Source: Candidatus Poribacteria bacterium (GTDB lineage: Bacteria > Poribacteria > WGA-4E > PCPOR2b). From it: DNA of 64,000 nt. The translations under genes were made by a program, and so were the position numbers. Shown piece by piece: positions 26,234 to 36,520 of this stretch. Below the pieces are notes generated by a model. That model was given only the letters and a program-made list of their open reading frames with translations. It had not been told where the DNA came from and searched no databases. The stretch's first letter is position 1, and each line of letters begins with the position of its first letter. The DNA lies in contig JAJDUM010000055.1 in assembly GCA_022826645.1 (NCBI GenBank), positions 399 through 64,398 on the forward strand, given 5' to 3'.

Positions 26234-26977
26234 GTGGAGAGAAAATTGTATCTATTGAGAAAAATCACAAAAACTCGTCGATGCTTTTCTGTTCTTTTGC
26301 TTATGTACTCGTATATTCGTATGTATATTTCTAATTTCTTGATATTGAGTCTTCCATTCCTACTGCTAGCTTGTACGTTACACGCTCCAGAAGATTACTA
26401 CTATGAGTTTGCCCTGATGGAGGGTTGGGGAAACACCAACCGACAGAATACTGGACGACAACTTCATGAAGTTATACGCCATCCAGAGAACAGTGAACCA
26501 CTTGTGATCGCATTTGAAGTCGGTAGACCGCCTGCAGCCCTGATCGGTTTTGTGCCGTACGATGTTCCAGATCTACCGAAGGTAGATCAACCACCTATTG
26601 TTAAAGTCCCCAAGGTGCCAATTTCGCTACGGGGTGAGGTGTTGCGGCAGCTTTTTGTGGAGAAACAGATCCGGGTTGTTCATTGGCGATTGAAGAATGG
26701 TCGTCTAAAAGACGATCAGAACGTAGTGCTACTAAACTTTATCCCGCGTGCATTCTCCGAACGCGCAATCAAGGAAGAATTCCTGATAATTTTTGCACTT
26801 GTGCATGCGGTGCAGATACAAGCAGACACAATTGATGCGATACGGGTGATGGCAGAGGACGAGAACGGTATACCACAGATGAGTTTGGAGGCTCAGGTTG
26901 TAAATTATACGGCGTATTTGCAAGGACAAATTGACGGACAGCAGTGGGAGCAGCGGCTTCGACTCCAGAGATTTTAA
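26234..26977 (+). CDS. Hypothetical lipoprotein (start ambiguous: 26234/26303/26321)
   Basis: Lipobox-like LLLAC after a hydrophobic stretch; no family recognised; its stop directly abuts the rnpA start. Confidence 0.45.
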   Translation: MERKLYLLRKITKTRRCFSVLLLMYSYIRMYISNFLILSLPFLLLACTLHAPEDYYYEFALMEGWGNTNRQNTGRQLHEVIRHPENSEPLVIAFEVGRPPAALIGFVPYDVPDLPKVDQPPIVKVPKVPISLRGEVLRQLFVEKQIRVVHWRLKNGRLKDDQNVVLLNFIPRAFSERAIKEEFLIIFALVHAVQIQADTIDAIRVMAEDENGIPQMSLEAQVVNYTAYLQGQIDGQQWEQRLRLQRF

Positions 26978-26978
26978 T

Positions 26979-27329
26979 ATGGCGCGCAAAGTCCATCCAG
27001 ATAGACTGACACAACGTTGGGAGTTTCAACGGGGGTATAAAAAAGGGAAGAAATACTGGAATCGCCATCTTGTTATCTATGTTTTCAAGCAATCTTTATA
27101 CTCCACCCGCTTGGGCATTACTGTCAGTAAAAAAATCGGAAACAGTGTTAAACGGAACCGCCTCAAACGCCTGATTCGAGAATCTTTTAGGTTATCACAA
27201 CAGCAGATATCTCAAGGATATGATATTGTCGCTGTTGGCAGGGGTGCGGCGGTCGGCGTGAAATGTCAGCAAATTCAAGCGTCATTCTTGCAACTGCTAC
27301 AGCGAGCTAAGGTTTGCAAATCCGAGTAA
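26979..27329 (+). CDS. rnpA: Ribonuclease P protein component
   Basis: Basic ~116-aa protein; ...[28 protein letters not shown]... is the RnpA signature; sits immediately upstream of yidD-yidC. Confidence 0.8.
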   Translation: MARKVHPDRLTQRWEFQRGYKKGKKYWNRHLVIYVFKQSLYSTRLGITVSKKIGNSVKRNRLKRLIRESFRLSQQQISQGYDIVAVGRGAAVGVKCQQIQASFLQLLQRAKVCKSE

Positions 27330-27363
27330 TGTAGCATGTGTAGACCTAATAGCTCTGAAATTT

Positions 27364-27594
27364 ATGAGCCGTTGGGTCAATACCATGAAAATCTTACTCA
27401 TCTGTGCCATACACTGTTATCGTAAACTGATTTCACCTCTCTTTCCGCCAACCTGCCGTTTTTATCCCACGTGCTCTCAATATGCCCTTGAAGCCATTAC
27501 AAAGTATGGAACTTTGAAAGGAGGGTGGCTTGCGCTTAAACGGCTATCCAAGTGTCACCCTTACCACCCCGGCGGGTACCACCCCCTCAAGTAA
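27364..27594 (+). CDS. yidD: Membrane protein insertion efficiency factor YidD (alternative start 27385)
   Basis: [31 protein letters not shown]...[11 protein letters not shown]. Confidence 0.85.
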   Translation: MSRWVNTMKILLICAIHCYRKLISPLFPPTCRFYPTCSQYALEAITKYGTLKGGWLALKRLSKCHPYHPGGYHPLK

Positions 27595-27633
27595 TTCTAT
27601 TATTGATGAAATTGTCACGAGGAGATTCTTTAA

Positions 27634-29523
27634 ATGGAGAAACGTTATGTCATAGCCCTTGTACTCATGGTTGCGGTGATGTTCGGCTGGAGTTGGTTTT
27701 ATGGTCGAAACCTTCCCGAACCCCCGGAAACAACTGAGCAAGGGACTGAGCAATCGAGGGAGGCCTTACCCCTCTCACCGGATTCATCGTCATCTTCCAG
27801 TGGAGAAACAGTTGATACGACTCAATTAGAGCAAGTAGAGGCGCCATCACGTTCCCGTCAACCGGTTAGGGAGCGTGAAACGGTTCAGGTTGAAACCGGG
27901 AAGTATTATATTATATTTTCAGTTGGACGATTCGCTTACGCACATGAATGGGCACTTAAAGGCTATCCCGACAGGTCCGGTTTGCATGGATCGTTGTTTA
28001 ACTTGATTCCGGAAACGGCTCAGAACTGTTTGTCAGTCCACTTTCTTAATCCGGGTTTGACGGTTGATGCTATGGACACATTCTGGGAAGCGGACAAAAC
28101 GGAGCTCATTCTCACAAATCAAAATCCGCAAGATACCCTTACATTCAGCAAGCAGATTGGAGACAGCCTCAGGGTCCTCAAGAAATTTACGTTTTACCAT
28201 GATAGGTATTACGTTGACCTCGAGTTAATGTTCCAAAATTTATCCAATCAACCCTTAATTTCTCTTGATACAATGAGCGATAACCGTAACGGATATAAAC
28301 TCCGTTGGGGTCCTGGGATCAATGCTGACCTGCTTCCACATGAAATCAAGAATGGCAATCGTGGGCGACACAACCCGAAAAGTGAAGGCGCCAGAGTCTT
28401 GAGCAGTGGCTCTAGTAAGCCTGAAAAAGAACTTGATGACGCTCAAAGTACGAATCCAGTCTTATGGGCAGGTATGAATAATAAGTATTTTGCTGCACTC
28501 ATGATCCCAGATGGAATGCTCAGTGCAACATACGAATTGGAAACCCTTTCAGATAACGGAGCAACGGTGCCGGTGGCTATTACTGCCCCATCGGAAGCCG
28601 CAAGCCTCATTGTTCCTGGATTTTCATTAGATTCCAACGATAGCCGGGCAGATCAATTCCGCATTTATGTCGGTCCAAAGGAATACACGGCTCTAAAGGC
28701 AATCGAGGCACCGGGAGTTCAGGCAGCAGACCTCCAACTCGCTGATATTATCGACTTCGGTTTCTTTTGGTATATTGCTTGGGTCATGCTTTGGCTCCTG
28801 AATTTCTTCTACGGTATCATCAATAATTATGGAGTTGCCATTATTCTTTTGACTTTATTGGTAAAAGTGGTCTCATACCCACTGACCCGTAAAGGTTACA
28901 AATCTATGCAGGCGATGCAAAAACTGCAACCCCTGCTTACAGAACTCCGTGAAAAGCATCGGGATGATCCGCAAAAACTTAATAAGGCGACGATGCAGCT
29001 GTACAAAGAACATGGCGTTAATCCATTCGGGGGTTGCATCCCATGGATCCCACAGATCCCGGTCTTCATTGCACTATTTGCACTGCTTGGCAACGCAGTT
29101 GAACTACGGGGCGCGCCTTTCGTCTCATGGATAGATGATCTTTCCGCCCCTGACGTGTTATTCACCCTTCCCTTTTCGATTCCATTCATTGGAGATGCAT
29201 TTCGATTATTACCGATTGTCAACGGTTTCACTACTTGGTTACAGCAGAAAACGTCGGGTGGTATGGCACCTACGACCGACAATGTACAAGCAAAGATTAT
29301 GCAATTTATGCCTTTGCTCTTTGTTTTTATCCTTTATAATTTTGCCTCAGGGTTGGCACTCTATTGGCTATGCAACAATATTTTTACCATCGGTCAACAA
29401 TACTTACCCAAATTATGGCAATCCGATGAAGAGGAAGAAGCCACCCCTGTTGGAGCCTCATCGAGAAGAAAACAACCTCAATCCAGGAAACGACAGTCCC
29501 CAAACGCGGGTCGCAAGGCGTGA
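27634..29523 (+). CDS. yidC: Membrane protein insertase YidC
   Basis: 629 aa; large periplasmic domain followed by ...NYGVAIILLTLLVKVVSYPLT...MQKLQP...GCIPWIPQIPVFIALF. Confidence 0.9.
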   Translation: MEKRYVIALVLMVAVMFGWSWFYGRNLPEPPETTEQGTEQSREALPLSPDSSSSSSGETVDTTQLEQVEAPSRSRQPVRERETVQVETGKYYIIFSVGRFAYAHEWALKGYPDRSGLHGSLFNLIPETAQNCLSVHFLNPGLTVDAMDTFWEADKTELILTNQNPQDTLTFSKQIGDSLRVLKKFTFYHDRYYVDLELMFQNLSNQPLISLDTMSDNRNGYKLRWGPGINADLLPHEIKNGNRGRHNPKSEGARVLSSGSSKPEKELDDAQSTNPVLWAGMNNKYFAALMIPDGMLSATYELETLSDNGATVPVAITAPSEAASLIVPGFSLDSNDSRADQFRIYVGPKEYTALKAIEAPGVQAADLQLADIIDFGFFWYIAWVMLWLLNFFYGIINNYGVAIILLTLLVKVVSYPLTRKGYKSMQAMQKLQPLLTELREKHRDDPQKLNKATMQLYKEHGVNPFGGCIPWIPQIPVFIALFALLGNAVELRGAPFVSWIDDLSAPDVLFTLPFSIPFIGDAFRLLPIVNGFTTWLQQKTSGGMAPTTDNVQAKIMQFMPLLFVFILYNFASGLALYWLCNNIFTIGQQYLPKLWQSDEEEEATPVGASSRRKQPQSRKRQSPNAGRKA

Positions 29524-29603
29524 GATGCGGAACGCGAATCATAGATCTCAATGACACCACTCAACTATAGATATTATGCGGTTATTCGGGAGGACATTGT
29601 ATC

Positions 29604-30254
29604 GTGCACCAATATATTGAAGTTGAAGAAAATACAACGGAAGAGGCCTTGGAAGCTGCGCTTAAGGAACTTGGCGTTAGTCGTGAGCAGGTGAGTGTGA
29701 GGGTTTTACATGAACCTACGAAGGGTATCCTTGGCTTGGGGGCAAAACTCGCTAAGATCCGCGTGACCCTAAAGGAGGATATTTCTTCGACGCCAGAGGC
29801 GATACTTCATGAAATTCTGAGTCATATGGGGCTCGAGGCGGAGATTGAATCTCAAATTATCAATGGAAGTGTACATCTCACGGTGAGCACTGATAATCCC
29901 GGCATACTAATCGGTAAACACGGGCAGACACTAAACGCTGTCGAATATTTGTTGAATTGTATATTAAATAGGTCTTCACTCGTAAAGAAGAAGGTCTTCG
30001 TTGATGCGGAAGGATACCGTGAACGCCGTGAGCAGACGCTGGTAGATCTGGCTCATCGTGCTGCCGCCAAGGTCAAACAGACCCATCAAGAAATCGTTTT
30101 AGAGCCGATGCCTCCTCGTGACCGCCGAATTATTCACGTTACCTTACAATCGGATGAGGATATTCGCACGCATAGCCGAGGTGAGGGAATGATGCGGCGC
30201 GTTGCTGTCACCATGCGCGAAGGATATGAGCCAAACGCAAAGCAGTATGATTGA
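29604..30254 (+). CDS. khpB: Jag/KhpB RNA-binding protein (Jag_N, KH and R3H domains)
   Basis: GTG start; GILIGKHGQTLNAVEYLL (KH); PMPPRDRRIIHVTL (R3H). Confidence 0.85.
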   Translation: MHQYIEVEENTTEEALEAALKELGVSREQVSVRVLHEPTKGILGLGAKLAKIRVTLKEDISSTPEAILHEILSHMGLEAEIESQIINGSVHLTVSTDNPGILIGKHGQTLNAVEYLLNCILNRSSLVKKKVFVDAEGYRERREQTLVDLAHRAAAKVKQTHQEIVLEPMPPRDRRIIHVTLQSDEDIRTHSRGEGMMRRVAVTMREGYEPNAKQYD

Positions 30255-31632
30255 ATGGGATACGATCGCAGCCATTGCGACACCGCGGGGCGAGGGTGGT
30301 GTTGGTATTGTCCGAGTGAGCGGTAGTCTTGCTATTCCCATTGCCTGCCAGATTTTTCGTTCGTCTCGCCACATTTCCGCGGCTGAGTTGCCGAGCCACA
30401 CGCTGAATTACGGGCATGTTATCCGGTCATCGTCAGGCGAGGTTATCGATGAAGTAATGCTCGGTATCATGCGGGCTCCAAAATCGTATACAGCCGAGGA
30501 TGTGGTTGAGTTTAACTGCCACGGCGGTATTGTCCCTCTCAGAGGTGTGCTTGAACTAACGCTAAAAGCCGGAGCACGTCTTGCGGCACCGGGGGAATTT
30601 ACCAAACGCGCTTTTCTCAATGGTCGGCTAGACCTAGCGCAGGCAGAAGCGGTCGTAGATTTAATTCGTTCAAAGACTGACCTCTCCCGTCAAATTGCGA
30701 TAGACCAACTGTCCGGCAGGTTGTCCCAAACGATTAACGCACTCAACGATCGGCTTGCAAATTTGCTTGCGGAAGTCGAAGCCTCTATCGATTTTCCCGA
30801 AGAAGAACTCGATTTCATGGATTTAAGGGCTATGAGGCAGACCGCCCAAGACATCCTTGATGATTTGGATCGGCTGATTGCGAGCGCATCGGACGGCAAA
30901 CTCCTGCGAGAGGGGGTTAACATCGCAATTCTCGGACGACCAAACGTTGGGAAATCGAGCTTGCTGAACACTTTGTTGCAGGAAGACCGAGCGATAGTTA
31001 CGGAAATACCGGGGACGACACGGGATACAATTGAAGCGCCATTGAACCTCGGTGGGATTCCGCTCCAGCTGATAGATACCGCCGGGATACATCAGACAAC
31101 GGATATTGTTGAACAGCAAGGCGTCGAACGAAGTAAAGCCTATCTTGACAGTGCTGACCTGCTCCTAATAATGTTCGATTCATCTCGGTCCTTAACTGAC
31201 GAGGATCGAGAACTACTCCACGCGGCGAAGATTCGTAAATCCGTCCTAATTCTAAACAAAATCGACCTACCTATCGTTACAACTGTTGCAGACTTACACA
31301 TTGATGCGCCTCAGAAACCTGTGGTTCAGATTTCTCTCCTCGATGGCAGAGGGATCGAAGAGTTGAAATCCGCAGTTCACCAAGAACTCCTTGAGGGTGA
31401 CGTGATATGGGGCGATTCTCCAATTGTAACAAATGTGCGTCATCACGATGCGCTGTGTCGCGGAAGGCTCGCGCTTGGGCATGCGATAGAGAGTTTCACC
31501 CAACAGATGCCTCCAGACCTGGTGGCGGTTGACCTCCACATCAGTTTAGATTGCCTCGGTGAAATTGTTGGGAAAACAACGACAGAAGATATCTTGGGTA
31601 GAATTTTTTCTCAATTCTGTGTTGGGAAGTGA
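30226..31632 (+). CDS. mnmE: tRNA modification GTPase MnmE
   Basis: DTIAAIATPRGEGGVGIVRVSG; GRPNVGKSSLLN; DTAGI; C-terminal FCVGK motif. Confidence 0.9.
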   Translation: MSQTQSSMIEWDTIAAIATPRGEGGVGIVRVSGSLAIPIACQIFRSSRHISAAELPSHTLNYGHVIRSSSGEVIDEVMLGIMRAPKSYTAEDVVEFNCHGGIVPLRGVLELTLKAGARLAAPGEFTKRAFLNGRLDLAQAEAVVDLIRSKTDLSRQIAIDQLSGRLSQTINALNDRLANLLAEVEASIDFPEEELDFMDLRAMRQTAQDILDDLDRLIASASDGKLLREGVNIAILGRPNVGKSSLLNTLLQEDRAIVTEIPGTTRDTIEAPLNLGGIPLQLIDTAGIHQTTDIVEQQGVERSKAYLDSADLLLIMFDSSRSLTDEDRELLHAAKIRKSVLILNKIDLPIVTTVADLHIDAPQKPVVQISLLDGRGIEELKSAVHQELLEGDVIWGDSPIVTNVRHHDALCRGRLALGHAIESFTQQMPPDLVAVDLHISLDCLGEIVGKTTTEDILGRIFSQFCVGK

Positions 31633-31734
31633 AATGAAGCGGCAGAAAGCGCACGCGCTAACACCCCGTCGTGGAAAGTATTGAACCGCAGTCTTTTAAG
31701 ATGCGGTTGGACGATTGATCTCTGATTCAGGATA

Positions 31735-31974
31735 GTGAAGGAGGGATGTAAGATGTTAACACAGCAACAGCAGTGGTGTCCTCAATGCAAACGCTACGTT
31801 GAGACGGAACAGCAGCAGAATAAATTGGGTAGGCGCGGCAATCTGATAAAGCTTACCACAACCTGCCAGAAGTGTCGGACAACATTGGGTAGCAAAACAG
31901 TTAGTGCCGCAACTCTTGAGCAGATGCAAACGGAATCTACTGCTGACCAGTCGACTTCTGGAGACAACCAATAA
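31735..31974 (+). CDS. Small zinc-ribbon protein (hypothetical)
   Basis: Two CxxC pairs (CPQC ... CQKC); no family recognised. Confidence 0.4.
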   Translation: MKEGCKMLTQQQQWCPQCKRYVETEQQQNKLGRRGNLIKLTTTCQKCRTTLGSKTVSAATLEQMQTESTADQSTSGDNQ

Positions 31975-32083
31975 CTAATTTGCAATACAAACTACACTTT
32001 TTTTAGATCTATCCGTTTAAGATATTGATGGACTTTTTTGGAATCTTTAATTTCTATCCCTAAATTCGTTACAAAGGAGAAAA

Positions 32084-32983
32084 ATGATGTTACGTTTTGT
32101 TTGGAAACAAAACCAGCTTATTGTACTTGCTGCGCTGCTGTTGGTCGTTGCTGCAAGTCCGATAGTGCTGGCAGAGGAGAAGATTCAGTGGGCAGGGACA
32201 ATCGAGGAAGGGTTGGCAGAAGCGAAAAAAACAGACAAGCCAATCATGATGGATTTCTACACCGATTGGTGAGGTTGGTGTAAACGGCTGGATGCCGAAA
32301 CGTTTACGGATCCCCAAGTTGTTGAGCTATCGAAAGACTTTGTCAACCTCAAGGTCAATCCTGAAGATACGGACTACCCTGAAAATGAGGAAGCTCGAGT
32401 CAAATATGGTATCAATGGGTACCCGGTAGTTGCATTTCTCACTTCCGAGGGGGATTTGATCCGTCTCAACCACGGATATAGCCCGCCCGACGAGTTTTTT
32501 GGAGTGATGGAAGGTATCTTCAAAGAGGAAGAAGCATTTAAGGAACTGAAAGTAGCGGTTCAGAAGAACCCAGATGATTCGAAGGCTAATGCTGGACTTG
32601 CACTGATTTACATCAAGCGCGGTAAATTTGAGCAGGGGAAGCCCCTATTTGATAAAGCGGTAAAACAGGATCCAAACAATGAAACGGGTCTTTTACCGGA
32701 GTTGTATGTGAATGTTGCGCTCCATTATGGAAATAACGCTGCCGGCGACAATGCGAATGACAATTTCCAGACAGCGGAAGAGCTATTCCAAAAGGTCATT
32801 GATACCTATCCGGACAGCAAGTTCTATGAAGACGCTCAATATTACTTAGGGATTACCTACGCAATTCAGCAGAAGTCTGAACTGGCAATTGCAACGCTTG
32901 AGAAATTACGTGACGCTAAAGATGAGGAGATCCGTCAGCAGACGACACTACTTCTTGAGCGTCTCAAAATGTCGACGAAATAG
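32084..32983 (+). CDS. Secreted thioredoxin-fold (Thioredoxin_7/DUF255-like) plus TPR protein with in-frame TGA at 32270-32272: candidate selenoprotein (U-G-W-C redox motif)
   Basis: ORFs 32084-32272 and 32456-32983 share one frame with no other stop between them. Translation reads ...KPIMMDFYTDW-TGA-GWCKRLDAETF..., so the TGA replaces the first Cys of WCGWC. A hairpin follows the TGA. Confidence 0.65.
32280..32307 (+). promoter_or_regulatory. Candidate bacterial SECIS hairpin
   Basis: GUAAACGGC-UGGAU-GCC(gaaa)CGUUUAC starts 8 nt after the UGA; the apical loop contains GG. Confidence 0.45.
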
Positions 32984-33013
32984 TCCCTTACCAACTTGAA
33001 CGTATCCACGAAG

Positions 33014-33055
33014 AAAGCCCATGTCCGATGAAAATTGGTGTGGGCTTTTTCATTT
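33014..33055 (+). terminator. Rho-independent terminator candidate
   Basis: AAAGCCCA ... TGGGCTTTTTCATTTTT about 30 nt after the 32983 stop; 8-bp stem with a rather long loop and a T-rich tail. Confidence 0.45.
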
Positions 33056-33156
33056 TTGGTGGGCTGGAATTCTCATATTTTAATGCGCTGACTGTGCTAC
33101 CTCATCCCTAAACTGGGGACGCATGATTATCCCACAGGAGATGGTACAATCACCGC

Positions 33157-33186
33157 TTGTCAACCCAGCCTGCTTCATGCTATAAT
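33157..33186 (+). promoter_or_regulatory. Sigma70-like promoter candidate for argH
   Basis: TTGTCA - 18 nt - TATAAT, about 75 nt upstream of ATG 33262. Confidence 0.4.
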
Positions 33187-33261
33187 ACCGCCCAATTTGA
33201 TGGCTCAATAATAGGAATCTAACGGATTCCCACAGCTTCCCACCTTCAGAAATGGTCAACG

Positions 33262-34785
33262 ATGAACACTTCCACCAAACTATGGGGCGGTCGATTTCGC
33301 TCCGAGTTGTCAACTGAAACTGAGGACTTTACACAATCCATTGATGTCGATTCCCGCTTGGTCCCATACGACATTTGGGCGAGCCAGGTCCATGCGATCA
33401 TGTTGGCACGGCAGCGTATCATCTCTGATGACGATCTCCGGCAGATCCTGCCTTGGTTGCGCAAGGCGGAGTCGGATTTCCGTGATGGAAAATTTGTCCT
33501 CAAGCCGGAAAAGGAAGATGTCCACATGAATGTGGAATCCTACCTCATTGAGGGGGCCGGAAATGAGTATGGTGGAAAACTTCATACCGCTCGCTCTCGG
33601 AATGATCAGGTGCTTGTCGATGCGCATCTCTATATCCGGGAGCAGCTTCTCGACACGCAGCAGGGCGTGTCGCGCTTGTGCCGTGTGTTTCTGTCTATAG
33701 CACAGGAACACACCGAAACGGTAATGCCAGGCTATACACACACGCAGCACGCGCAGCCAATCAGCCTCGGTTTTTGGGCGACAGCCTACATCAGCATGTT
33801 CCTTCGAGATCAGAAGCGGTTGAGCGCCGCTTACGACCTCGCTAATCTCAATCCACTTGGTGCTTGTGCGCTTGCGGGAACCTCCTTCCCAATTGATCGG
33901 GATTTGACAACCGAGTTGCTCGGCTTTGATGGGGCGCATGAACATGCGTTGGACGTGATCAGCTCCCGTGATTTTATCGCTGAACCCCTTTTTGCGCTGA
34001 CGATGCTGATGACTACCCTCTCACGGTTCGGTGAAGAGGTTGTCTACTGGACCACGTATGAGTTTAATATTGCAAGACTTGACGATGCGTATGCAACAGG
34101 CAGCTCGATCATGCCTCAGAAAAAGAACGCTGATATTGCGGAACTGACACGTGGACGGACAGGGAAGGTGTATGCAGCGCTGATGGATCTGTTGACGAAT
34201 CTGAAAGGGTTGCCTACGGGATATAATCGCGATCTCCAAGAGGATAAACCGCCGCTGTGGGGTGCTTTTGATGTAGTTCAATCCTGCTTGGGGATTCTGC
34301 CCGGTTTGCTTGAGACGCTCGACTTTAACACGGATCGGTTGGAACTGCTCGCCAACGCAAACTTTGCAACAGCGACAGAGTTAGCCAACTTCCTCGTGAG
34401 TGAACAGGGGTTACCATTCAGAAAATGTCATGAGATAGTCGGGAGCGTTGTCGGTGGTCTGGCGAAAAAAGAGAAGACTTTTGAGGATTGGGCTGATACG
34501 CAGAAGCTGTTACAATCCGAAGGTATTGACCTATCCATCCCGCAACTCCAACGTATTCTTGATCCGAAACTGTCTCTCCGCAATAACCGGAGTCTTGGCG
34601 GTACATCGCCCACGGAGGTGAAGCGGATGGTGGGTGAATTTGAGGCAAAATTGAACGAGATTGATGCCCAGATCCGTTCACGCCAGGAACGGATCGATAC
34701 TGCTTATCAGCAGACGCTTCGGGTCATTGAACAGGTGCTGGACGGTAAGACGATTTCAGAAGTTCACATTTATAGTAGATCTTAG
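33262..34785 (+). CDS. argH: Argininosuccinate lyase (with C-terminal extension)
   Basis: STKLWGGRF N-terminus; GYTHTQHAQP; GSSIMPQKKNADIAEL signature. Confidence 0.9.
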   Translation: MNTSTKLWGGRFRSELSTETEDFTQSIDVDSRLVPYDIWASQVHAIMLARQRIISDDDLRQILPWLRKAESDFRDGKFVLKPEKEDVHMNVESYLIEGAGNEYGGKLHTARSRNDQVLVDAHLYIREQLLDTQQGVSRLCRVFLSIAQEHTETVMPGYTHTQHAQPISLGFWATAYISMFLRDQKRLSAAYDLANLNPLGACALAGTSFPIDRDLTTELLGFDGAHEHALDVISSRDFIAEPLFALTMLMTTLSRFGEEVVYWTTYEFNIARLDDAYATGSSIMPQKKNADIAELTRGRTGKVYAALMDLLTNLKGLPTGYNRDLQEDKPPLWGAFDVVQSCLGILPGLLETLDFNTDRLELLANANFATATELANFLVSEQGLPFRKCHEIVGSVVGGLAKKEKTFEDWADTQKLLQSEGIDLSIPQLQRILDPKLSLRNNRSLGGTSPTEVKRMVGEFEAKLNEIDAQIRSRQERIDTAYQQTLRVIEQVLDGKTISEVHIYSRS

Positions 34786-34829
34786 AATCAATGGGACATG
34801 TCAAACCGAACCGCATTGCCCCCAGGCCC

Positions 34830-34854
34830 GGTAGGTGCGGTTTCTAACCGCACC
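34830..34854. repeat. Palindromic repeat core GGTAGGTGCGGTTTCTAACCGCACC (copy 2), followed by CCCGAC/CCCGAT hairpin modules to about 34930
   Basis: Exact 25-nt match to 1881-1905 and 36637-36661. Confidence 0.8.
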
Positions 34855-34990
34855 GCATCCCGACGAGTCCCCGATTACATTGGGAGCAGGTCCCGATTCG
34901 TCGGGATGCACGGAACGGCACGGGACAGGACACGAGGAGCGAAAGCATCTATCTGTTTTTAGGATTTACTATAATTAGGGGGAGTAGAAG

Positions 34991-36520
34991 ATGAGAATTG
35001 GTGTTGCCAGTCTCTGGCATGAGACGAATACCTTCGCTGTCGAACAGAACGATACCATGGATACTGTCCATATCCAGCGTGGAGACGCACTTTTGGGGTC
35101 ACAGCCTAAGAGTTTTATCGGCGGTTTTGTGGAAGGTGCCAAGCGAGCCGATATAGAACTAATTCCCACCGTCGGAATTGGCTTTGCCCATGGCGGGATC
35201 ATCCACGCTGAAGTTTACCAACGCTGTCGTGATATGATTGTGACCGGCTTGCAGGAGGCGGAACCGCTGGATGGTGTCTATTTCGCGCTTCACGGAGCGA
35301 TGGTCGCGGAAGCTCCCTATACCGATGCCGAAGGCGAGTTGGTGCAGGACGCACGGCGGGTACTGGGAAATATCCCTATGGTCGGTACTTACGACTTTCA
35401 TACTATCATGAGTGATAAAGAGGCTGAAGCACTGGTCCCGTTCCCCAATAACACCAATCCCCATATTGACGGCTACGAACGGGGATTGGAGGCGGCGGAA
35501 TGTCTGCTTCAGATGCTGGATGGCAAGATTAATCCTGTTACTCATCGGGTATTCGTGCCAATCATCGGTCCCAATATCGGTCAGAGCACTTGGTCGCATC
35601 TGCCGCAGGAGGAACAAGGACTGCTGCTCTATCAGTTAAATGAAAAGCGAGCGGAGATGGAAAAGATTTCCAAAGTTATCAATATCACCATTCTCGGTGG
35701 CTATGGGTACGGAGATTCTCCCGATGCGGGTATGTCGATTGTAGCGACAACTGACGACGATCCAGAACTCGCCAAGCGATTGGCTCAAGAGTTGGCGCAG
35801 GACCTGTGGGAGCAACGGGAGCAACTGAAAACAGTGCGCCCGATACACCCCATTGATGCGGGGGTGAAAATGGCGATGGCTGACCCGCGAAAGCCGATTC
35901 TCTTGGTAGATTTGGGCGATGATCCCGGCAGCGCCTGCCCCGCCGATAGTCCGGCGGTGCTGGAAAGTCTGCTCCGTTGTGGAGCACAGGATTGCGCGCT
36001 CACTATCCGCGATGCGGAAGTAGTGCGTGCAGGTTTAGCGGCTGGGGTGGGTGCAGAGCTCAACATCACGGTCGGAGGTAAGATTGATCAACGCTTCTAC
36101 CAACCGCTGAAGGTGACGGGTCAGGTCAAGTCCATCGACGATGGTAGGTACATGATATGTGGACCGACCCATGGCGGTTGGGGTCGTGAAGTCAACGAGG
36201 ACACATTTCGTGAGGCGAATGTAGGTAATCGGGTCGTGCTGCGTATCGGGAATAAAATCGACGTTATCTTCTCCCAACGGCGGACCGGCAAGGACCGCGA
36301 CTTTTTCAAGAGTGCCGGCATCCTGTTAGAGGAGAAACAGATCCTCGTTGTCAAGTCTAATCAGGCGCATCGTGCCTCCTTTGATCCGGTTGTCGCTGGC
36401 ACCGTTGAACTGGCTACCCCCGGTGTCAGTACTGTGGACTATGCTAGTCTCCCCTATCGCCATCTGCGTCGACCGATCTGGCCCATTGATGAGACGATGC
36501 ACTGGACGTTGTCTGCGTAG
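34991..36520 (+). CDS. M81 family metallopeptidase (MlrC/microcystinase C-like)
   Basis: MRIGVASLWHETNTF N-terminus is typical of MlrC; 509 aa. Confidence 0.8.
   Translation: MRIGVASLWHETNTFAVEQNDTMDTVHIQRGDALLGSQPKSFIGGFVEGAKRADIELIPTVGIGFAHGGIIHAEVYQRCRDMIVTGLQEAEPLDGVYFALHGAMVAEAPYTDAEGELVQDARRVLGNIPMVGTYDFHTIMSDKEAEALVPFPNNTNPHIDGYERGLEAAECLLQMLDGKINPVTHRVFVPIIGPNIGQSTWSHLPQEEQGLLLYQLNEKRAEMEKISKVINITILGGYGYGDSPDAGMSIVATTDDDPELAKRLAQELAQDLWEQREQLKTVRPIHPIDAGVKMAMADPRKPILLVDLGDDPGSACPADSPAVLESLLRCGAQDCALTIRDAEVVRAGLAAGVGAELNITVGGKIDQRFYQPLKVTGQVKSIDDGRYMICGPTHGGWGREVNEDTFREANVGNRVVLRIGNKIDVIFSQRRTGKDRDFFKSAGILLEEKQILVVKSNQAHRASFDPVVAGTVELATPGVSTVDYASLPYRHLRRPIWPIDETMHWTLSA

Noticed and set aside
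34970-34975. TATAAT box as the mlrC promoter -10 element
   Set aside because: It lies only 15 nt from ATG 34991, upstream of the GGGGGAG ribosome-binding site, and has no matching -35. I kept it only as part of the conserved 32-nt module finding and did not call it as a promoter feature.
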